Positions 54,352 to 64,000 of a stretch of DNA of 64,000 nt are shown in pieces. The notes beneath the pieces were generated by a model. That model did no database searches. It had not been told where the DNA came from and saw only the letters and a program-made list of their open reading frames with translations. Made by a program: the position numbers and the translations under genes. The stretch lies in contig NW_019029015.1 in assembly GCF_002105155.1 (NCBI RefSeq), forward strand, positions 310,001-374,000, read 5' to 3'. Source of the DNA: Lobosporangium transversale (taxonomy: Eukaryota). Every line of letters begins with the position of its first letter. Position 1 is the first letter of the stretch.

Positions 54352-54561
54352 AGGAAAGAAGGGGCGTGTATGTGTTTAGATTAGTGTCTGAGAAATCGAC
54401 CGATTGTCCAAAATAAAAATGTATCACAATATCCCGTGACACATCAATGTTGGAATGAAAGTTCCAAAAATTTATTGGACGAATTTGTGTGTCCAGAATT
54501 GAGAAACTTTCTTTTTTCATCGAAACAAAACATCAGCACCAGCGACTAGCACAGGACCATC

Positions 54562-55844
54562 ATGACCGACTTTGTCAGCATCACCGTCGTCGTTGTGATC
54601 ATTTTCATGGTCTTTCGATGGCTTTCAGGTACAGCAAACTCTACTCTCTCTCTCTCTCACACTCTCTTTCTGTAACAGCACCAGTAGACGTTGCTCATTC
54701 TCTAGATTGACCAGTGATTATTCACCCTTTTATTCTCTCATCACTGACTTTTTTTTTTTTTTTTATTTTTTTTATTAACATGTTTCCATACAGCCTCAGG
54801 AGATAATGCACAATCTAACAGACAAGCACAGAATAGAGGTAGAATCACTCCTCGAACTCAGACACGGCTCGTTAACCCAGAAATGGTATGGGCCCTAATT
54901 ATACATTACTTTTTAATTTTTAATTATATTTTCTCCCTTTCATTTTGACTTCGCCAGCATTGTCTGACTAGCACAAAAAAAAAAAAAAAAAAAAAAAAAA
55001 GAAGCAAGCAAGCAAGGATTGGTTCTTGTGAAGATTGTGTGTGCGTGTGCGTGTGCGTGTGTGGAGGGGGGAGGAGACTTTTATTATTAGATCTACGATC
55101 AGTCAGTTCTCCTACATGACAGGCAGGCGAGCAGGCAGCTCTTGAGATTTTTTTTTTTTTTTTTTTTTTTTTTTCCTATTATTACGGATGGATTGACGAA
55201 CAGACGGAAGTTGTATATCTTTACAGAATATGCCGACATACTAAACGATTACTTTCTATTTCATTTTTCATTTAGGTCGAACAAGTCAGGATGATGTTCC
55301 CTAATATCCCAACGGCGGCTATTCATTATGATCTTCAGAAGACTGGCTCAGTAGAGCAAACCTGCGATAATATTTTAAGAGATGGCGGCACCCTTCCAAT
55401 GGTAATGACAGGAAGCGAAAAAAAAAAAAAAAAAAAAAAAAAAGGGGGGAGATATAACATATCCTATAATAGGCAAAAGATCGTTGATCTATTCGATCTA
55501 TTCATATCTTTCTCACATAATGGAGTCCTTTTTTCTTAATATTATATATACTGTTATCACTATTATTATTTTTTTTTACTTAATAGCCACCTGTAGCACG
55601 GCCATCTACGCCTCCTGTCGCATCAACTTCATCAGCTCCGGCTTCGGGATCATCTTCAGGGGTAGCAACAAACCAATCTGTAAATGGCAATCTGGTTCAG
55701 CGCTTCAAATTGCAGGACGCTGTTGAGAAAAACTATGTGCCTGAAGAACCACAGAAGATCTGGGGAGATAATGCGGAGAAACGTCAGGAGGTTTTCAAGA
55801 GTCGAAAGGAGTATATGGTCCTGCAGGCTAGGAAGTAAGTCTTA

Positions 55845-55877
<33 letters not shown>

Positions 55878-56053
55878 TGTGTGTGTATGTATGTGTGTGT
55901 GTGTTACTCACTGATCATTTAACTTTATTTTGCTAACAATATTAATAAAAAATATTTATTTAATTTTTCCATAGACGATATCTGGAACAGCAAGCACGCA
56001 AGGCAAAGGAAGCTGAGGAGGCTAAAGCAAAGGAAGTCGAGTCAACTGCATGA
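54562..56053 (+). CDS. Cue1/Cue4-like ER membrane CUE-domain protein with Ubc7-binding C-terminus
   Basis: Exons approx 54562-54628, 54794-54884, 55276-55401, 55587-55834, 55974-56053. N-terminal TM, CUE domain VRMMFPNIPTAAIHYDLQKTGSVEQTCDNIL, NLVQRFKL, W..NAEKRQEVFKSRKEYMVLQARK. Confidence 0.88.
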
Positions 56054-56239
56054 GTTTTTGTTCAAAGATCTATTAATCTGATATGATCTGCTCTGCTCTG
56101 CTCTGCTCTTGCTTTTGTTGTGCTCTGACTTGCTTTGCTTTGCTCTGCACTATGTACGATTTGCTGACAGCGATGGACAAAGTGGTTCTGATTGTTATTC
56201 AGTTAAGATTTAACAAAAATAATTAAATAATTCTCATTT

Positions 56240-56276
<37 letters not shown>

Positions 56277-56449
56277 AGCTTTTGGTGAAATAATATTAAA
56301 ATAAGTATTAATAATATCTTCGACGCCAGTAAGAGAACTCTTTGTAACGAATAAGTGTAGTGAGTAAAAAAAAAAAAAAAAAAAAAAAAGAGTATCAATA
56401 CTCGCGGCATAAACAGACTGCAATAACATGCTTTGCATGTGGACTTAAC

Positions 56450-57130
56450 GCTTTAGTAACGGGGACCATTCGAGGAGGTATCGTTTCGATTAAGATACCC
56501 TTCTTTTATAACGATCCGAAACCTGGTTAGGATTGAGCGCTTTTGACAGTGTAATAACCCATTCTCTTCGAATCCCTCTCTGTCCTAAATCCAAAGATAT
56601 CAAAGTCTTGTTAGTCTTGGGTGCCTCTGACAGCGCCAGCACGCCTTCATTGCCAATTGAGTTTGTCCCTCAAGTTCAAGGTGGTCAATACCGTGTCGGT
56701 TTTCAGTGTATTTGCGAGTACTTGAAGGTCATTGGCACCAGAGAGGCCGTCGAGGGCATCCTCATTTTAAGGAAAATGTAAAAGGATGAACACGTACTTT
56801 CCATACTTGCGAAAGAACTCTATGTTATTTCGGATGTCATATCCTTCATGTTTGGCAATATGGATCTAGTTCTGACTGCTATTGCTTGTTGTTGCAGTGT
56901 GCTCTCCACATTTGCATAAGAAATGAAGGCGTTCTTCCTTCTCCCACCGTCTTTAGCGCTGTGTGGTGTTGTCGGCAGCTGTTAGCCATTTTAACCGACG
57001 ATATAAACTGTGTATTCTATGACTCTCGCATAGTTTCCACCCCATGCCCCTTTAGGTCAACGGTGTCATATCCAGTCATGGCAACTATTAAAACGCACTT
57101 TTCCAAAATTTCCTTGTCAATTCGAAGCAC
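56450..57130 (-). pseudogene. Relic of a Mortierellaceae-type large LRR/RNI-like gene
   Basis: The minus strand reads RLHFLCKCGEHT...(stop)IHIAKHEGYDIRNNIEFFRKYGKYV and later TNKTLISLDL. In-frame stops are present. Confidence 0.6.
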
Positions 57131-57265
57131 GTGAGAGCTGTGGCCCAGAAACGTAGTTCAGGCTATTTTTGTAACTGATCTGAAGAGCGTTGAATTACAT
57201 TTCTGTTTCTCACAGGCACGGTCTCCCAAAAACCACTTTCTATACTTCATCAACAACACATCACC

Positions 57266-59225
57266 ATGTACGCCACGCAACAGAGCACTAGCTTGTTCCT
57301 TGGTGGAGAGCGTACCTCAGGCCAGAACATTAGAGATCAGAATGGTAAGACATGGATTTCGAATAGAATGTAATACACGCGATTTATTTTTTGTTCATCA
57401 TGGGGTGATCAATGTTTAGTCCTAGAAGGACGTTCAACGCCATATGATACTCTTTTTTTTTTTTTTTTTTTTTTTGTTTCATCCGAGTCGATGGATTAGA
57501 AGACTTGTACTTTTGAAAATCTTGAAATGGATACAAATTGCTTTGCGTGCATCGTCCTAACTTTTATCAACTTTGTGTCACAGTTCTTGCTACATCCTCG
57601 ATCGCCAACATTGTCAAGTCTTCTCTTGGACCAGTTGGTCTCGACAAGATGATCGTGAATGAGATCGGAGTAAGCAAAATTGGAATGATGAGCAGTAACT
57701 AGATGATGAATTTATGAATAGCTCCCTTTGTCGCGCCATTTTTTTTTTTTTTTTTTTTTTTTCTTCTTCCTTCTCTTCTCTTCTCTTTTCGACACTTATT
57801 AGTGATCTATTCCTGATCTCCCTCTTTCCTTCAATACTATTGTCATTTTAGGATGTTACCATCACTAACGACGGCGCTACAATTCTCAATATGTTGGAGG
57901 TTGAACACCCAGCAGGAAAGATCCTCGTTGAGCTTGCACAACAGCAGGATAAAGAAGTCGGCGATGGAACTACTTCAGTCGTGATCATTGCTGCAGAGTT
58001 GTTGAAGAGAGCAAATGAGCTTGTCAAGAATAAAATCCATCCTACGACCATTATTACTGGATACAGAACAGCATCAAAAGAGGCCTGCAAATTCATTGCC
58101 GAACAAATGTCTATCAAGGTGGATTCTTTGGGTCGTGAATGTCTCGTAAACGCGGCCAAGACCAGCATGTCCAGCAAAATCATTGGATCGTAAGTTTTTT
58201 TTTTTTTTTGTGTGACAACAACAATGTATTTTTTCTTTTTCAAAGGGTTCCTTTTCCTGATCAAGTGGATCACTTTATTACCCATTCGTCCCATATTCAT
58301 ATGTTTTTATAGCCATGATGAATTCTTTTCCAACATGGCGGTAGATGCTATGCTCGCCGTAAAGACTACCAACAGCCGTGGTGATCACAAGTATCCAGTC
58401 AAGGCTGTTAATGTCCTGAAGGCTCATGGAAAGAGCGCAACCGAATCCATGCTTATTAAGGGATATGCTCTCAACTGCACAGTCGCCAGTCAGGCCATGA
58501 AGACAAAGATCACCAATGCAAAGATCGCTTGTTTGGACATTAACCTTCAAAAGGTCCGCATGAATTTGGGCGTACATATTCAGGTCGACGATCCTGATAA
58601 GCTGGAGGATATTCGCAAGAGGTAAGGAATGACACCTCCTTTTGATAGAAATGGTTATTGATATTTGAGTAGGACAGAGCTAACATTTAGCTAATCCATC
58701 ACACACATCCTTCGATTTATGGCCATTAGGGAAAGTGACATCACCACAGAACGCATCAAGAAGATTTTGGATACTGGTGCAAATGTTATTTTGACAACCA
58801 AGGGAATTGATGACATGTGTCTGAAATTGTTTGTTGAGGCTGGAGCCATGGCAGTCCGACGCTGCAAAAAGGAGGATCTCCGCAGAATTGCCAAGGCAAC
58901 TGGAGCAACTTTGATCTCAACATTGGCTAATTTGGAAGGAGAAGAGACCTTTGAGGAGTCATACTTGGGACATGCTGAAGAAGTTGCACAGGAGAAGATC
59001 TCCGACGATGAATGTATCCTGATTAGAGGTACCAAGGTTGAGAACTCAGCATCCATCATTCTTCGTGGAGCTAATGACTTTATGTTGGATGAGATGGAGC
59101 GCTCCTTGCATGACGCGCTTTGTGTTGTCAAGAGAACGCTCGAAAGCGGAAGTGTTGTTCCAGGAGGTGGAGCTGTAGAAACAGCTTTGAATATTCATCT
59201 TGAGAACTTTGCCACCACCTTGGTA

Positions 59226-59261
<36 letters not shown>

Positions 59262-59683
59262 GTGTCAATAGCATGTTTCCATAATACTACTAGTAATTCT
59301 AACCATGCTTTCTACTATATGACATAATTCAGGGTTCGCGCGAGCAATTAGCGATTGCAGAGTTCGCTAACGCTTTGCTAGTGATTCCAAAGACATTGGC
59401 TGTCAATGCTGCCAAGGATTCAACTGATCTAGTGGCAAACCTTCGTGTGAAGCATAATGCTTCACAGAGCGATGCTTCACAGCAGGCACTCAAGTGGTAT
59501 GGTCTAGATCTGATTAAAGGCGAAGTCCGTGACAATGTCAAAGCTGGCGTTCTTGAGCCTGCGCTGTCCAAGATCCGTGCTTTGCGCTCGGCAACTGAGA
59601 CAGCACTTTCGATCTTGCGTATTGATGACATGATCACAGTGGCACCTGAGCAACGTGAGCAGGATGATGGCCATGGACATTAA
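57266..59683 (+). CDS. TCP1: T-complex protein 1 subunit alpha (CCT1)
   Basis: Exons approx 57266-57343, 57584-57669, 57852-58189, 58312-58621, 58729-59222, 59333-59683. [60 protein letters not shown]. Confidence 0.97.
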
Positions 59684-59785
59684 GTATAGTAAATAAAAAA
59701 AAAAAATAAAAAAATGCCTATTGATGGTGATATTATGGTTGTAGTATGCTGTGTCGATATGGTTAATGAATCTGACATCTAGTGG

Positions 59786-59817
<32 letters not shown>

Positions 59818-59979
59818 GCCACCACCACCACCACTTTGAATGTCATTCTCTTTATGAACGGCCAAATTTCGACACCCTCTACAGTCTTTCTTGCATGCAA
59901 AATTAAATTATATAATAGCCGCCCTCAGTTCTAGCTCTTTCTGCTTATTAAATTGTAATAAATCCCACATTTACTTGCC

Positions 59980-60600
59980 CGTGATGGATGCCTTGTCTCG
60001 AATTTTATGTGTTTTCGTTGGAACATTGGTAAAATTTTATCAACGATGTACTACGGCCATATGCCCTCTGGTCCCAATGCTCGTGTCTTGGCCAAACGTG
60101 GAAGAAAGATCATGGATCAAGGACCAATTTCAAGTCAAGCGTGGCTTCTCTAGCCTACTTGGCCATATTGATAGGATAACCTTTCCGTTTCTACGAGCGT
60201 CTTCATATGACAAGGATGACTGGATTACAAGATATGGTGACTTTGTCATGGGAATTACTGTTGTATGTGACCTTTGCTCGGCATTTATATTTTGCGACGG
60301 AGTGTCCTGGAAGCTGTCATGATTCCTCGGCCTACAAGAGTACACAACTCTATACGCACAAAGACAGGTACTTTTCAGAAGGCGAATGCATCATCGGAGA
60401 TGCGGCATATGGTCTTGCCCTGCCCTTATGATAGGATTAAAAGGCCAAAATCGAAGAGATGAGAAAAGGTTTAATGTGATGCTTAACTCGGCTAGGATAT
60501 ACATAGAGCATGGGATGATCAGCAGGATCCAAGCCCTTCAGCTCTTTGACGTCTCAAGATTTTCAATAGGCTAGAAAAACCGGCGAGCCTATATCATGAT
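59980..60600 (+). pseudogene. PIF/Harbinger (DDE_Tnp_4) transposase relic
   Basis: Across frameshifts: WPNVEER..RGFSSLLGHID, VVCD, PGSCHDS, IIGDAAY, KRFNVMLNSARIYIEH. Confidence 0.85.
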
Positions 60601-60753
60601 CAGCATGATCATAATGAGGAGGTACGTTACTGATATAGCGCAAGACTAGTTCTATAATCCCCATTGCCTAAAATATAATGAAATCACAACAGAACAAAAC
60701 CAGCTCTGCAGATTTGCAAATCTTGACGTGATGGATGTGCTTGGAATTATGCC

Positions 60754-62850
60754 TATACGCTCGCTGTGGATTGACGCCTTTTTTGAGATGAAAGATACGT
60801 TCTTATCAGCAACAGGTAAACTATTCTAGGAATATATCCATTATTGCCTATTCTAACATCTTTTTTCGTCTATCGTCCTGTTGCATATTTCACAGCTAGA
60901 AAAATAGCTTAAGGTAAAAAAACATTGTCCAAGCAAGATTAATACGCTAAAAAAGATTAGCAGCAGAAATCAGTGGCAATAGCGCACCACACATAGACAC
61001 GAGAAATCTTTGACATGAGGTTTTTAGAATGAGCCTTTGTCATCTTATAGATACGTTACCTAGTTGACTGGTACAAGTCAGTCCTTTTATCAGAAAATGA
61101 ATAAATACCTCATGGATGTGGTGTGTGGGCCCACATCTTATTCTCACTTACTTTTCTACTGCTTACTATCTATCTACAGAATATTTTTTCACCTCCTCCT
61201 ACATAAGAGCTTTATCTTGCCAGGTCTGCTACGCGAGCCGAATGTGATGGGAGCTGAAGAGAAGGAAGAAGCCATCGCTCAAACGTTCGAAGAGCGCAAA
61301 GAAGGACTTGTAGTCCTGTGGAAGGAGCTGAGGCATATATATGGTATGTAATAGACAGAGTATGGTGTAATGGATCCCATTATGTAATACCTTATCCTTT
61401 GCTAACCCTTATCAAGCGAAATGTGTAAGAAAAAAAAGAAAAAGAAAAGAGTTCTTTCCGCTTTGAAGACTAGGCCTCTGGTCGATACTCAGGACATGCA
61501 CCGCACACCGTACTACCGCACTGTTCTGCTGGTACGCTGAAAATCTTGATGCCTGTCAGATTCATTACAGGTCGAAGGCATCCCAGTCAACGAATCAAGA
61601 GTCAGAGTCAGAGTCAGAGCCAGCGTTTGTGGTCCTTAAAGAGAGGCGAGAGAGAGTTGGACATTAGGCTCATGGCTGGGTTGTGATAGAGGTCGTGTGC
61701 TTAGCTTTAGCTTAGCTTGACCTTGCTCATGCACTGCTGCAACCAAAGGGCATCATTCGCCATTTGTTCTTTGTGAATTATTTATTGGTTTTATTATTAT
61801 TATTTTTATTATTATTTTTAAAAAGAAAAAGAAAAAAAAAGATGACTAGGATGAATATGAGGCATATTTAAACAGGGACTTTTGTACATGTACTACAGCG
61901 GCTGGACATTGCTTCCCATAAGAGCTAAATACATACCTTGCTGTAGTAGCTCGACAAGGGCGTGAACGCGACCTTTTGATGTGCTCTTGGGAAAGTAAGT
62001 ACTGAGCGTACTGAGCTCTTTATCGTCATCATCGAGCGACTCAAACTCATGTACGAATGGGTTTTGATATTTCACTCTCGGTTTGTCCCGAGTATCGACC
62101 AGAGGCTAAGCCTTCAGGGCAGATAGAGCTCTTTTTTTTTTCTTTTTTTCTTCTTTTCTTTTCTTTTTCTTTTTTTTCTTACACATTTCGCTTGATAAGG
62201 ACCAGCAAAGGATAAGGCATTACATAATGGGATCCATTACACCATACTCTGTCTATTACATACCATATATATGCCTCAGCTCCTTCCACAGGACTACAAG
62301 TCCTTCTTTGCGCTCTTCGAACGTTTGAGCGATGGCTTCTTCCTTCTCTTCAGCTCCCATCACATTCGGCTCGCGTAGCAGACCTGGCAAGATAAAGCTC
62401 TTATGTAGGAGGAGGTGAAAAAATATTCTGTAGATAGATAGTAAGCAGTAGAAAAGTAAGTGAGAATAAGATGTGGGCCCACACACCACATCCATGAGGT
62501 ATTTATTCATTTTCTGATAAAAGGACTGACTTGTACCAGTCAACTAGGTAACGTATCTATAAGATGACAAAGGCTCATTCTAAAAACCTCATGTCAAAGA
62601 TTTCTCGTGTCTATGTGTGGTGCGTTATTGCCACTGATTTCTGCTGCTAATCTTTTTTAGCGTATTAATCTTGCTTGGACAATGTTTTTTTACCTTAAGC
62701 TTTTTTTCCAGCTGTGAAATATGCAACAAGATGAATTGGCAGGACGATAGGTATTAGAATAGGCAATAGTGGACATCTTCCTAGAATAATAATTTACCTG
62801 TTCCTGATTAAAATATATCTTTCATCTCAAAAAAGGCAGCGAATGTATAT
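60754..62850. repeat. Long inverted repeat: ~740 bp arms with ~585 bp spacer
   Basis: The arms at ~60754-61498 and ~62083-62850 are reverse complements. Identical 95-aa ORFs occur at 61064-61351(+) and 62256-62543(-). Confidence 0.95.
61935..62075 (-). pseudogene. Crinkler-header-like fragment in the inverted-repeat spacer
   Basis: ELSTLSTYFPKSTSKGRVHALVELLQQ followed by a GTATGT donor resembles the end of a CRN header (LS..F....HVLV..P, then an intron, as at 35052). Confidence 0.4.
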
Positions 62851-63060
62851 ATATATCTGTATATATATGACGTTTAGAGTTCTACTGCATTTATTGCATT
62901 TCACATAAGCGATTACATAAAGTAACAAGGACCTATTTGTTCTCGAAAATCGTTGATTCGCTTCCAGTTTGACTAATACTTTGATCTCCTTGCTCACAGT
63001 GACAAATACCTGCTTTCATGGATCCATCTCTCGGTTTGCAAAGTCAGTTCGCTGGTGTGG

Positions 63061-64000
63061 TTAGAATAAAAGTGACGCTAACTCATTTTCTGGAAACATC
63101 TTCATCCTTTTCTTAAAATCTTCTTCATCCCCAAATCGTCGCTTCTTCCGCTCGTTCATGATTTCTTTACAGATTTTCTCCCCAACTGCAGGAATATGCT
63201 TGATATGGTGCTCAGGCGCTGAATTGATGTACAGTCTGGAAAAGGCTGTATAACATGATAATGATATTATTGAAACATCTAGAATATATAGAACAATTAC
63301 AGGAAAAAAAAACTTATACGCTTACCTGAGAATTGTGCACGACCTGCAGACGTGTGTCCATAGTAATCCCGGAAGTTTCCTTTGTGTACCATGAATGTAT
63401 GGGAGTGAAGCCCCATTCTTGAGGAAGACTCACATCGATTTGAAAAGATACCAAAGGCACATTCCAAGGATGGACATCGTTCCTTAAGAACTTCCTTCAC
63501 TTCGACGACAATCTTTGTAATTTCCTCGTCAATTGTTGTTTGGTTGATAGGTCTAGACTCCTTTGAATCCTTCTCTTCGGCCCATTTCATTTGACAAAGC
63601 AGACACAAAGACGCAATGTCTCTTCTGTCCTGTAAACGCAATTGCATAAAGCCGTCAGCTGGGGCGCCTTTGCCATTAACAAATACCTTGTGAAACTCTT
63701 GAAGGAAGTCAGTATGCTCCATGCCGTCCACATCCTTTGCGATCTCGTGCTCAGGGAATGTTTCGAGCAATTGATGCACTGTAACATTGCGGTGGTCTGG
63801 AATTTCAACTTTAAGCTCTGGAAACTCGGGATCAAATTCAGCACCTGCAAAAAGTTCCTGCAGAGTCACAGTCTGTTTTCCGAGGTAAGAGAAAAGGCAT
63901 AGACGTAGAGCCAAGAACTTCATATTGAAGTGTTCCCAGCCTGCCCAGGAGACATCTTGCTTTGGATCGATAAAAGTGGTCCAGTACTTCAAAGGCGACT
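63061..64000 (-). CDS. CRN-type nuclease-fold protein with C-terminal helix-hairpin-helix domain (5' end outside window)
   Basis: Exon >64000-63326, GT-AG intron 63325-63246, last exon 63245-63061. W..WEHF, VFVNGKGAPADGF...LCQMK, then LYINSAPEHHIKHIPAVGEKICKEIMNERKKRRFGDEEDFKKR (ComEA-like HhH). Confidence 0.7.

Noticed and set aside
57685..57816. Box C (ATGATGA) ... box D (CTGA) in CCT1 intron 2 as a C/D snoRNA
   Set aside because: It is interrupted by a long poly(T)/pyrimidine tract, I recognise no rRNA-complementary guide, and CTGA may be the branch region.
61064..61351. Identical 95-aa ORFs on both strands as a protein gene pair
   Set aside because: TTG start, intron-like middle section, and the identity is explained by the DNA inverted repeat.

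Overview
Intron-rich fungal genomic DNA with many 15-30 nt poly(A)/poly(T) tracts. Gene content and the Crinkler/LRR family types suggest an early-diverging fungus, most likely Mortierellaceae (inference). Conserved genes, reconstructed by hand from GT/GC-AG splice signals, are an amidase (5' truncated), STM1/SERBP1-like, a Q-rich unknown protein, a Ran1/Pat1-like kinase, PSF2, RPS3, the PP2A scaffold subunit, a WNK kinase, two single-pass membrane proteins (one Kelch), UVRAG/Vps38, HAUS4-like, CSN2, CUE1-like and CCT1. Accessory islands lie between them: a 3.3 kb pogo/Tigger-type element carrying a spliced nuclease-fold cargo fragment (24-27 kb), a Crinkler/LRR pseudogene cluster (31-35 kb), an LRR-family relic (56.5 kb), and a Harbinger relic, a 2.1 kb inverted repeat and a nuclease+HhH gene (60-64 kb). 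The best leads are a possible domesticated tyrosine-recombinase DNA-binding domain, an H/ACA-like structured RNA in the STM1 intron, the cargo-carrying pogo element, and the long inverted repeat around a Crinkler-like fragment. Exon coordinates are manual and may be off by a few bases. Family calls rest on recognised motifs, not on database searches.
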